From: an uncultured Planctomycetota bacterium | GTDB lineage: Bacteria > Planctomycetota > Planctomycetia > Pirellulales > Lacipirellulaceae | Length of the DNA: 64,000 bases | Assembly (NCBI GenBank): GCA_963719315.1 | Contig: CAVRBU010000001.1 | Span: forward strand, 224,001 to 288,000 | Direction: 5' to 3' | Program-made: the position numbers and the translations under genes | The notes under the pieces: generated by a model | What the model was told of the DNA's origin: nothing | Seen by the model: the letters and a program-made list of their open reading frames with translations, nothing else | Database searches by the model: none | In this document: piece by piece, positions 51,566-60,330 of the stretch | How the letters are laid out: the number at the start of each line of letters is the position of its first letter | Position numbering within the stretch: position 1 is the first letter of the stretch

Positions 51566-53377
51566 ATGCGTGCCAACGTCGTTGCCCACGCTCCTGCCCG
51601 CGCAGAATTCGTATTGCCGCAAGACCTATCACGGCTTGATTGGCTTGCCCTTGCATTCTTGACGCTTTTCGTCGCCCTCACCTACGGAGCGCGACTCGAC
51701 CTGCAACCGCTCGTGGGTGAGGAAACTCGCTGGGCTACCAGCGCTCAGGAAATGCTCGGGACCGGCGACTGGATCGTGCCGCGGCAACAGGGGCAGGTGT
51801 TTCCCGAACGCCCGCCGATGACGATGTGGTTGATGGCCGTGGCCGGCTCATTGCGTGGCGAAGTTGATCCAATTGCCATCCGATTGCCGAGCGTTTGCGC
51901 GGTGGTTCTAACTTCGCTGCTGATCTATGTTTATGCACGACTCTTGTTGTCGCGCTTTGCCGCCATTGTCGCCGCGCTCGTCTATCCTACGTTCGGGCAG
52001 GTTCTGCAAATCGGCCGGTTGGGTGAATCGGAAGCCGTATTCACGTTTTTCGTGTGCGCATCGCTTTTGCTCTGGCATCTGGGTTACATCCGCGGTTGGC
52101 GGCCACTTGCGGTGTGGTCGATCGGTTTCGCGTTCATGGCACTCGCAGCGCTCGTGAAGGGACCGCAGGCGCCGGTGTACTTCGGGGCGATCATTGGCGC
52201 TTATTTATTGGTAAGGCGGGATTGGCGATATTTGCTGAGTTGGCAGACAGCCGCCGGAGCGCTGGCGTTTCTCGCGATTGTGGCCGCCTGGCAGATTCCG
52301 TTTTATCGGGCGACGGATTGGGAATCCGTGGTCGCCACGTGGGCCGGTCTGGCCGGCGACCGCATCCATCTCAGGGGAGTGCTTTCTCATGCCGTTACCT
52401 ACCCGGTCGAAACTTTTGTGTGTCTATTGCCATGGTCGCCCATGTTGGTTGCACTTGGCAGGCGCGGCACGCGCGAAATGTTGAACGATAAACAGCGCGT
52501 GGTCACCTTTCTACTGACGGCAATAGTGGTCGCCTATCCGACGGTGTGGTTGGCAGCCGGCGCGCGAGGCCGCTACTTCATGCCGCTTTATCCGATCGTG
52601 GCCATCTTGGTCGGATTACTCATTGAGCGATGCTCGGCCGCGGTTTGCGGTAGCTCGCAGCGCCGCGGGTGGCATCAATTCGTCCTGGCTTGGGCTCTCG
52701 TCATCGGTATGGGGGGCTTCGCGATCGGAATCAGCGGCCTGCTACCCGGCGATCTCAATCAGTCGCTCTACCAGCCTCGTTGGTTCTGCATCCTGTTTGC
52801 GGTCGTCGCCGCCTCGGCCGCTTTTGCGCTCGGGAATAATTATCGTCGGCCAACCGCCATTGCGCCACTGTGCGCCGTGCTCGCGATCGCCGCAACGGCA
52901 GCAGTGGGGGCCGCTGGAATCCTTGTAAATGTCCATTCCGCTCGGTGGAACGATCCGACCGCAACCGTGGCGGATATCAAGAAGCTGCTTCCCGAGGGCA
53001 CGCGCCTCGTGAGCTTGACTCCGATCGATCATCGCTTCACCTATTACTATCGCACGCCGATCGCCGAACTTGAGTGGCCGACTGCGCTGCGAGATTTGCC
53101 GCCGAACGTTGATTACTTCTGTTTCATGCGCCATCCGCACGATATGGACGAGACTCGCAGGGCGGGCCGCGGACGCACTTGGTACACGACGCCCGGCACG
53201 CTTCCATTCGCCTGGGAAGAATTGAAAGCCGTTAGCGTCGATCGCCAAATTGATACCGAATCCGCGACGATCGTGGTCATTGGGCGGGTCGTGCGACCAT
53301 TGCGGGCCGAGTTGTCCGACGCGACCGTTCCTCATCGCTCGACGGCACAACGGCCGACTTCAACGCTGCGCGAGTAA
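51566..53377 (+). CDS. ArnT/PMT-like GT-C membrane glycosyltransferase
   Basis: EETRWA..AQEML..GDWIVP, PERPP, IRLPS, LVKGP, LLPWS, RYFMP. Confidence 0.85.
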   Translation: MRANVVAHAPARAEFVLPQDLSRLDWLALAFLTLFVALTYGARLDLQPLVGEETRWATSAQEMLGTGDWIVPRQQGQVFPERPPMTMWLMAVAGSLRGEVDPIAIRLPSVCAVVLTSLLIYVYARLLLSRFAAIVAALVYPTFGQVLQIGRLGESEAVFTFFVCASLLLWHLGYIRGWRPLAVWSIGFAFMALAALVKGPQAPVYFGAIIGAYLLVRRDWRYLLSWQTAAGALAFLAIVAAWQIPFYRATDWESVVATWAGLAGDRIHLRGVLSHAVTYPVETFVCLLPWSPMLVALGRRGTREMLNDKQRVVTFLLTAIVVAYPTVWLAAGARGRYFMPLYPIVAILVGLLIERCSAAVCGSSQRRGWHQFVLAWALVIGMGGFAIGISGLLPGDLNQSLYQPRWFCILFAVVAASAAFALGNNYRRPTAIAPLCAVLAIAATAAVGAAGILVNVHSARWNDPTATVADIKKLLPEGTRLVSLTPIDHRFTYYYRTPIAELEWPTALRDLPPNVDYFCFMRHPHDMDETRRAGRGRTWYTTPGTLPFAWEELKAVSVDRQIDTESATIVVIGRVVRPLRAELSDATVPHRSTAQRPTSTLRE

Positions 53378-53382
53378 CGATC

Positions 53383-54438
53383 TCACGCTGCGCATCCGCC
53401 CGCGTCATTTTGCAGCGCCTGCTGGACCGCGCCGTGCACGATCTCGACCGTGAGGTCCCGCATGCAGCGGTGATGGCCCAGCGGACACGTGCGCGCCATG
53501 CAGGGTTGACAATCGAGCGACAGCGACAAGCTCGTTTCGCGTTCATACGGTAATTGCGTGCGGAGCGGGTCGGTGGGCCCAAACAGCGTTACCACGGGTC
53601 GCTCGAACGCGACACCGAAGTAACGGGGTCCGCTGTCGGTGGTGACCAACAGCCGCGACCGCCGGATGCAGGCTTTGGTCAGGCCGACGGGGAGGTGCTC
53701 GCAACCTGCGAGCGATACGACGCGCGGCTCATTCGCTCGCCCGACGATCTCGTGCGCGATTTCCCGCTCGGAAGGCCCGCAGTTGACGAGCACGGAATAC
53801 TCATCGCCCCGCACGATCCGCCGCGCAAGTTCCGCAAAATACTCGGCCGGCCATTGCTTGGCCGCGCCGTACGCGCCTCCCGAGTTGAGGACGACCACGC
53901 GTTCGCCCGCCGGCAATTGCAGTTGTTGCCAAACTGCGTCGGCCGCGAGTTCGTCTTCGTCCGTCGAGGCCAGTTCGAGCCGCGGCGGCTCGGCGCCGCA
54001 CCCCGTCGCCTGCACCAGGTGCAAGTAGCCATCCACCGTGGGAAGCGGACCGCCATCCGGCGCCCTCAGCGGACGTACTCTAGTCGTGAGCAGCAAGGAG
54101 CGGGCTTCGTTTCTGAAACCGATCCGCTCGCGCGCGCCGCTTCGCCAGGCCATCCAGGCGGTGCGGACCGAATTCGTGAGCAGCACGATCCGATCGAGTC
54201 GGGCCGCCTGGATTTCGCGGATTGCGGCGCGATTCGTGAGACCGAAGCGGTTGGCCGACTTGTCGTACAGAATCTGCTGGTCGAGCCACGTGCTTCCCGC
54301 GAGGACCTCGGCGACGTACGGCCGCATGATGCCGATCAATTGTCCGTCGGTCCCCACGAACTTTCGGAGCGCGCGGAGCGCCGGCGTGGCCATCACCACG
54401 TCGCCAACCCAGTTCGGAAGAATGACGCCGAGACGCAT
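53383..54438 (-). CDS. waaF: LPS heptosyltransferase II (GT9)
   Basis: PNWVGDVVMATP, GAYGAAKQWP, TTDSGP, LFGPT, CQPC..RTCPLGHHRCM. Confidence 0.88.
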   Translation of the reverse strand: MRLGVILPNWVGDVVMATPALRALRKFVGTDGQLIGIMRPYVAEVLAGSTWLDQQILYDKSANRFGLTNRAAIREIQAARLDRIVLLTNSVRTAWMAWRSGARERIGFRNEARSLLLTTRVRPLRAPDGGPLPTVDGYLHLVQATGCGAEPPRLELASTDEDELAADAVWQQLQLPAGERVVVLNSGGAYGAAKQWPAEYFAELARRIVRGDEYSVLVNCGPSEREIAHEIVGRANEPRVVSLAGCEHLPVGLTKACIRRSRLLVTTDSGPRYFGVAFERPVVTLFGPTDPLRTQLPYERETSLSLSLDCQPCMARTCPLGHHRCMRDLTVEIVHGAVQQALQNDAGGCAA

Positions 54439-54534
54439 GGGGCAGCGGGGAGAGATGGGCACAGAGGGAGGAATCGGCCGATGCTAACACGTCCGGAAGC
54501 AGCTAGCCTAGTTCAAACCGATCGCCGCGGCCTG

Positions 54535-54668
54535 CTAGCGCTTTGTCACAGCTTGATTTTGGGATTAGCCGCGGGGCGCTAGCCCCCGGTTGGAGCGGCA
54601 CAAACCGGGGGCTAGCGCCCTGCGGCTGATGCGCCCAACCCCAATTTTTAGCTGTGACAAAGCACTAG
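54535..54668. repeat. 134-bp MITE-like element, copy 1
   Basis: Terminal IR GCTTTGTCACAGCT / AGCTGTGACAAAGC, CTAG flanks, internal REP-like palindrome pair. Confidence 0.88.
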
Positions 54669-55055
54669 CGACATAGGAGGTGGACAGGGCAAGGAGGTTT
54701 GTACGCCCGAAAACCAACCACTTGTACAAAACCGCGCCAATCTCGTGGCTTTCTGAGTTTTGTAAATCGGTTTCTGTTGCCGTTCGTCGCAACTCCTTAG
54801 CGTGCCGTAAGTTCAGTTTTGTACGTACCTCGTGGGTCCCACATTTTGCGTACAAAACCAGCGAATAGTGCGCGTCGATTGATTTGAAAGTGCCGGGATT
54901 TCGAGCGTCGCGTCAGCGCGGACCGGTGCGAAACTCGAAGAGTTTACGTGCGTTTCCGTCACGTTTCCCGCGCACGTCAACCACTTCGGCCAGCGCAGTG
55001 CGAACTGACTGGCAAGCAGTTGTTGGCTGATGGCTTCTACCAAGATGTCAAAGAG

Positions 55056-55189
55056 CGAGTGCTTTGTCACAGCTAAAAATTGGGGTTAGGCGCATCAGCC
55101 GCAGGGCGCTAGCCCCCGGTTTGTGCCGCTCCAACCGGGGGCTAGCGCCCCGCGGCTAATCCCAAAATCAAGCTGTGACAAAGCACTAG
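55056..55189. repeat. 134-bp MITE-like element, copy 2, inverted relative to copy 1
   Basis: Reverse complement differs from copy 1 at 3 positions by manual alignment. Confidence 0.88.
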
Positions 55190-55292
55190 TGCGATGATGC
55201 AGGATCGACCGTATCACATCGCGCGGCCAAATCCAACAATTATTTTTGGCCGGTTGGACCGCGATTGCTGGCGAAACTCCGGCACTCACGGG

Positions 55293-55661
55293 TTATAATT
55301 CCCCCGTGGATGGCGCGTTCGGGGTCTGCGTCAATAAAGTTGTGACGGTTTGATGCAATTGCGGGAAGCTATTCTGGACAGCGTCCCAGACGCGGCGGTG
55401 ATCGATGGCATCGTAACCGTGAATCAGGATGTTTCGGAAAGCAATGATTTAAGCGTGATCGTGAATGAGCGCAAGCGTGTCCGGATCGCTATGACGCAGT
55501 CGTACCAACGCTTCGCCGCTGATTTCAAAATTGCGTTCAACGGCGGGACGGAGCAGATCGTCCGCCAGATAGTCGTTCAGCGACTTGCCGCGCGTCTTGT
55601 CGAGGACAAACGCCACAGCGGCGCGAACGTCTTCGAGTAACTTGGTCGATTCAGGCCGCAT
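55293..55661 (-). pseudogene. hepT: HepT/DUF86 HEPN RNase toxin with in-frame TAA at 55449-55451
   Basis: AVERNFEISGEA...DHA*IIAFRNILIHGYDAID (RX4HXY lies after the stop). Confidence 0.85.
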
Positions 55662-55962
55662 AAAGCAAAGTCCGTCGGCCGCGGTCGAGAGCTTGGCGAA
55701 AGTAGGGGTTGCGAACGGCCGAATCTTCCACCAGGTCGACCGATCTGCCAAACAACTCCTCCAGTGCGATCTGGAAATCGATGAACTGGTGAAAAGGCCC
55801 CATCGAGCTTTCCGGCTCGAACTCCACGAGGAAGTCGAGATCACTGGCATTTGGGTCAAAGCGGTTTGTTGTCGCCGAGCCAAACAACTCCAACCGGCGT
55901 ACAGAGAACGTCCGACAGAGATTTTCCAAGGCGCCTTGATGATGGCGCAATTGTTCGATCAT
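55651..55962 (-). CDS. mntA: MntA-type minimal nucleotidyltransferase antitoxin
   Basis: LFGS...SDLDFLVEF, LFGRSVDLV, RNPYF; overlaps the HEPN gene; start could be 55971 or 55986. Confidence 0.88.
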   Translation of the reverse strand: MIEQLRHHQGALENLCRTFSVRRLELFGSATTNRFDPNASDLDFLVEFEPESSMGPFHQFIDFQIALEELFGRSVDLVEDSAVRNPYFRQALDRGRRTLLYAA

Positions 55963-55982
55963 GGCATACATCCCCGGGGGAC

Positions 55983-56228
55983 TCATCGTACCTGTGAGCT
56001 ACTACCCTCACAGCCCAATTTGGTTTCGCGCGTTTCGTGCCAAGCGTCGAATTCGTTCAGTTCGCGAACCGCGGTTTCGACCGCCGCCCATTTGCTTGTT
56101 GTTGGCAGATAACCGGGCGCGGCCTTTTCCAGCACGAAGATTTCCACACCCTTGCACACCTGTGGCTTAAGCCGCGGCAGGTGGAGCGTTTCAGGATCGA
56201 TCGTGGTTTCGATGCAAATAGCGGCCAT
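55983..56228 (-). CDS. Small hypothetical protein upstream of mntA
   Basis: 81-aa ORF IETTIDPETLHLP...VEIFVLE abutting the mntA reading frame. Confidence 0.5.
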   Translation of the reverse strand: MAAICIETTIDPETLHLPRLKPQVCKGVEIFVLEKAAPGYLPTTSKWAAVETAVRELNEFDAWHETRETKLGCEGSSSQVR

Positions 56229-56537
56229 GGAACGACCTAAGGGCCGTTGGACAGACAACATTTATTCTACATCTCCGCCAAGTTCCTTCCTAGGACGAGA
56301 ACCCGCCAACGGCACGGCACCAAACGCCGTCGCAATGCAGCGTGCTCGGACTGTAGCATTTTCACGCCGGCGATTCCACAAGTATTATTGGCCGGTAAGC
56401 GAGAAGGGATGACGCATGGCATCATTGGATTCGGTTCCCGACACCTCTGCCCCCACTTGCCACGAGAACAAGTCGTGCGTACTGCCGCCAAATTAATACC
56501 GCAGTCTCCAGAAACAGTAGCCCGGCGTAAATGCAGC

Positions 56538-56573
56538 GGGCCAGCCAGTTTACGAGCTAGCTGGCCCTTTTTT
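56538..56573 (+). terminator. Rho-independent terminator-like hairpin
   Basis: GGGCCAGCCAG...CTAGCTGGCCC plus T6. Confidence 0.7.
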
Positions 56574-56630
56574 ATTTGGACCGTGGTTTGGGGACCGGCT
56601 AAAATGTTATATCCCAAATAGGAGCCAACA

Positions 56631-56987
56631 ATGCTGCCCAATAATGAAGACAAAGACAAACTTCTGAAGGCAATGCGTAAGCCCGATTCGCAGATTAAGG
56701 CCCGCATTGATTCTGAATTACTCGAATTCCGCCCGATGTATTCCGGGCTGCCCGCCGATGAAAAAGCAGCACTTAAAGAATGGATTCGGGAAGTATTAGC
56801 CGTTCAGGAAAAGCAGCCGCGAATTAGCATGGACTTATCTCTAAAGGTTCGGCTTTACGAACGAATCGGCGAGGATGAACACCGGGCAGTGAAGTTGCCG
56901 CTCAAGGTGATTTTGAATGCTATGGAAACGTGGGACCGTGGCGAGCTTTACGCCCCCACTAATCTAGGCGAACTATGGGGCCAATAG
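56631..56987 (+). CDS. Hypothetical protein
   Basis: AGGAG RBS, 118-aa helical ORF. Confidence 0.7.
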   Translation: MLPNNEDKDKLLKAMRKPDSQIKARIDSELLEFRPMYSGLPADEKAALKEWIREVLAVQEKQPRISMDLSLKVRLYERIGEDEHRAVKLPLKVILNAMETWDRGELYAPTNLGELWGQ

Positions 56988-57241
56988 GCTATGTCGCAAC
57001 CCTTCATTCTGTACGGGTCACTTTCACGGTGCTGCAATGCCAACAGCATTGGAGATCGGCATTGAAATGGGACCCACCTGGGCGTTGAATCTGGGCCCAC
57101 CTGGTTAGTTGGGGAGCGGCCCGCGAGACCCTTCGAAGGTCTCGCGCGGCCGCCTCCGTTAGTTCACTTAATGGGTTAGAGTAAACTCTCCATTTTGTTG
57201 TGCGCGATTTGCGAACGTTTTGCCGACGGGTCGCCCGAAAG

Positions 57242-58012
57242 CTACTTGCCCTTGGTGGTTCGCTTTTGTTTCATCGACTCCCGGAAGCGGTAGCTTTCAC
57301 CGTTCATCTCAAAGATTTCGCAGTGGTGCGTCAGCCGGTCCAAGAGAGCAGCTGTCATCCGTTCTCCCTGAAACACCTGCTGCCATTCGCTGAACGGCAA
57401 GTTGCTGGTGATCAACAGGCTGGATCGCTCGTAGCGATCGGCGAATACCTGGAACAGCAGTTCCGCTCCGCTGCGATTGAACGAGAGATAACCGAGCTCG
57501 TCGCAGACAAGCAGATCGAGCTTGTCGAGCTGCTTCAACAATCGCTCGAGCTGGTACTGCTTCTGCGTCTCTTCCAAGCGATTGACCAGTGTGGCAGCGG
57601 TAAAGAAGCGGACTCGCTTGCCCAGTCGGCAGGCGGCCAGGCCCAAGGCGATGGCCAGATGCGTTTTTCCAGTTCCCGAACTACCCAACAGGCAGCAGTT
57701 CTGACGCTGATCAATCCAGCCGCAGCGGGCCAGTTCCAGGATCTTGGGCTTCGAGAGGCCGGGCGCCGCGCTAAAGTCGAATGCATCGAGGTCCTTCTGC
57801 ACCGGGAAGCCAGCCTGTTTAATGTGCGCCTGCAGAGCATTGGCACTGCGTGTGGCTAACTCCAACTCCGTCAGGCGCAACAGATAGTCGAGGTAGTCCT
57901 GGTTGCTGTTGGTCGCTTCCCCGGCGAGCTTGCCATACTCGGCCAGCATCGTCGGCAGGCGTAGCGCCTTGAGGTTCGAACGCAGTAACAGGGGCGTTTC
58001 TTTCTGGGCCAT
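57242..58012 (-). CDS. istB: IS21 helper ATPase
   Basis: LKALRLP, GSSGTGKTH, CDELGY, ITSNLPF, LLDRLTHH, GESYR. Confidence 0.95.
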   Translation of the reverse strand: MAQKETPLLLRSNLKALRLPTMLAEYGKLAGEATNSNQDYLDYLLRLTELELATRSANALQAHIKQAGFPVQKDLDAFDFSAAPGLSKPKILELARCGWIDQRQNCCLLGSSGTGKTHLAIALGLAACRLGKRVRFFTAATLVNRLEETQKQYQLERLLKQLDKLDLLVCDELGYLSFNRSGAELLFQVFADRYERSSLLITSNLPFSEWQQVFQGERMTAALLDRLTHHCEIFEMNGESYRFRESMKQKRTTKGK

Positions 58013-58041
58013 GATCTTCTCCTCCGTGAGAGAGTAACGAG

Positions 58042-59526
58042 TCAAAGCGGCGCAAGTCCGGCAGCGGGACTTGCACCGCAGGAATCGATCGCAGCTGCCC
58101 GATTAGGTTCGCTTCGCCGCGGGTGGAGCGCACGCGCCAGTCGCTCGCAGAGCCCAGCAATCCGCTCGGCCGTGACGACGCCGTCGCCGCGGCAGGCCTG
58201 GATGGCCTGCTCAACCCGAGTCAGCGGGTGCTCTGCCAACAGCTGCAGCACGCGGATGAATTGCCGAGCGCCCGGCAACGATCCGTGGCGTGTTTCAAAA
58301 TGTTCGCGCAACTGGGTAAACGCCGCCGGCAGACGCCAATTGCGGTAGACGTTAGTGTGATCCAAATAGGCTGGCTTCACTCCCAGAGTGGACAGGTAGT
58401 GCAGCGGATCGAGCACTTGCTCGCCCTGTCCGTAGGAGCGCTCGTGCCGGGCAATCCGCTGGCCGTCGCGGATGACTTCGATGCGATCGATAGTGGCTTT
58501 TACCGTGACCGTGGCGAACGCATGCCGCCGCGGCACGCTGTAGCGATTCTTCTCCCAGGCGACCGTCTGGTACTTGTCGACTTGACGGACCTCGCTCACG
58601 GCGGCTTCAAACGGTGCTCGGGCAGCGGCAAGGCGCGTAATCTGCTCTGTCGCGAAGCGTGCGCCGATCGTTTCGCTGTGGCCCGCAATCGTCCGCCGAG
58701 CATCCCGCTCGCAGCATTGAAGCAGGTAGGCATTTAGCTCTGTCAGATCCTTCACTTGAGGGACCGGCGTCGCCCACTGGCGCTCGAACAGCTTCACCCG
58801 GTTCTCGACGTGCGGCTTTTCGTTACCGCGAGCCGGCAGGCAGAACAACGGCTCGAAGTTGTAGTGACTGGCCAGCGCCTGCCAGCGCTGGTTCAACTCC
58901 CGTTGGCGGCCACGCAGAATCGTGGTCGCAACGGTTCTTGGATTATCCCACCACAGTTCTTTGGGCACGCAACGAAAAAACGCAAACGCCGCCACCGTGC
59001 CATGCAGGATCGCCTCGGTCTTTTCGCTCGGCAGCGCAATCATAAAGGTGGCGTTTGAGTAGGCCCACGTCACCAGCAGGATCGGAACCTGGCGCCTGCC
59101 TTCCGGGAAGTCGACCCAGATCTGACCGAAGTCGCTCTCGGCCCGTTGGCCTGGCTCGTACGACAAAGGGAGAAACGTTTCGCGCTGCCGCCCCCGCGTC
59201 GCGGCCACGTACCTTCGCACCTGGTCGTAGCTGCCGACGTACTGCTCTTCGTCCCGCAGCCGCCGAAAGAGTTGCGCTCCTGTGTGACGTTGCTTGCGAG
59301 GTGCCTGCTCATCTTCGACGAGAATCGCGCCGATCCATTGCTGGTGCACATCGGTCAGCACCCGCCGCGGTCGCGGTAGCGACAGCGTGTAAGGCCGCGG
59401 CTCTGCCTGCGCCAGTGCCTCGCGGATCTTTCGTCGCGAATGCCCAAACGTCCGGGCGATCTCCCGAATGCTCATGCCATCGCGATGAGCACGACGTATC
59501 CTGCCGTAATCCTCCACCTTCAGCAT
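58042..59526 (-). CDS. istA: IS21 transposase; local indels near 58620 and 58130, true end uncertain
   Basis: SIREIAR HTH, ESDFG, WWDN, GNEKPHVE, NRYSVP; typical tail VPLPDLRRFDSLL in the adjacent frame. Confidence 0.92.
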   Translation of the reverse strand: MLKVEDYGRIRRAHRDGMSIREIARTFGHSRRKIREALAQAEPRPYTLSLPRPRRVLTDVHQQWIGAILVEDEQAPRKQRHTGAQLFRRLRDEEQYVGSYDQVRRYVAATRGRQRETFLPLSYEPGQRAESDFGQIWVDFPEGRRQVPILLVTWAYSNATFMIALPSEKTEAILHGTVAAFAFFRCVPKELWWDNPRTVATTILRGRQRELNQRWQALASHYNFEPLFCLPARGNEKPHVENRVKLFERQWATPVPQVKDLTELNAYLLQCCERDARRTIAGHSETIGARFATEQITRLAAARAPFEAAVSEVRQVDKYQTVAWEKNRYSVPRRHAFATVTVKATIDRIEVIRDGQRIARHERSYGQGEQVLDPLHYLSTLGVKPAYLDHTNVYRNWRLPAAFTQLREHFETRHGSLPGARQFIRVLQLLAEHPLTRVEQAIQACRGDGVVTAERIAGLCERLARALHPRRSEPNRAAAIDSCGASPAAGLAPL

Positions 59527-59945
59527 CCTTGACTCCGCTTCGCTGAATTCCCCAGTTTAAAAACCGGGAATCCAGCTTACGAAGTCCGCTGCGGTGGGTC
59601 CCTTTTCAATGCCGATTCCGCACCCCAGGTGGGTCCCGTTTCAATGCCGATCTCCACAGCATCATCGTCCGCAGTCGGGATAACGGGTTTGTAACTCAGA
59701 ATTGCCAATCTTGCGGCAAGCCACGGGCATTATCGGCAAGCGAAGTGCCCGATTTGTACTGCGGCCGCTGCCCCATCAAATTCACAAAGGGGAGGGACCA
59801 ATACAACAGCTACTTGTATTGGTGTGATAATTGCGGCGTAGAGCATTTGCTTGCCGATCTTGTGCCTAGCTGGGCCGAATTATTTGAGTATCACGGTTTC
59901 GAGATTGAACAGCAACGACACCAACGCTCATAAGCCGTGGCATTT

Positions 59946-60302
59946 CTACTGCTTGAATCCAAGTCGCCACACTAGGTACGCACTGAGTACGGCTATCCCG
60001 ACGGCTACGACAGTTTCCACTACATGGCCGACGAACCAAGTAACGATTCTTTTGCAAAGCGTGTTACTTCTCACGTCCTCTAAATACTTATGCCCCTCTG
60101 GCGTGAGTTGCGGCCTTCTAATTTGGTGGATTATGTCCGGGTAATCGCCAAGTGGCTTACTCACGGTAACGCCGTCGATGTACCGCTCTCGAATTACCAG
60201 CGTCAAATGGTATTTGGTAGCCGCGTCATCCAAATCCGGTAGGGACTCGTTTTGCTCGATATGTTCCAAGATTCTGTGTATCAGTTTCGCATCCCGTCGC
60301 AT
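59946..60302 (-). CDS. DUF2513/YjcQ-like winged-helix protein with C-terminal TM
   Basis: MRRDAKLIHRILEHIE, YHLTL, LTPEGHKYLEDVR. Confidence 0.7.
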   Translation of the reverse strand: MRRDAKLIHRILEHIEQNESLPDLDDAATKYHLTLVIRERYIDGVTVSKPLGDYPDIIHQIRRPQLTPEGHKYLEDVRSNTLCKRIVTWFVGHVVETVVAVGIAVLSAYLVWRLGFKQ

Positions 60303-60330
60303 GGAATAGCCCCTTACGGCTAAACGGGCA

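Larger units (their letters stand above)
57050..59656 (-). mobile_element. IS21-family insertion sequence, 2607 bp
   Basis: TG...CA ends, 33-bp TIR (32/33) TGGAGATCGGCATTGAAAnGGGACCCACCTGGG, repeated subterminal motifs, CAGCAT duplicated at 57044-49 and 59657-62. Confidence 0.95.
56991..59933 (+). pseudogene. 109-aa Cys-rich (double zinc-ribbon-like) gene interrupted by IS21
   Basis: Joining 56991-57049 to 59663-59933 gives an open frame with CC, CQSC, CGRC and CDNC. Confidence 0.85.

Noticed and set aside
53554..54582. 342-aa plus-strand ORF and similar long overlapping ORFs (e.g. 912..1979, 39105..40001, 41128..41967)
   Set aside because: Antisense or off-frame shadows of well-supported genes in GC-rich DNA
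54535..55189. Possible CRISPR array or integron attC sites
   Set aside because: Only two long inverted copies, no repeat-spacer periodicity, no cas or intI gene, and no RYYYAAC/GTTRRRY ends
57113..57157. Strong GC hairpin as an independent RNA element
   Set aside because: It lies inside IS21 downstream of istB and is most simply part of the element
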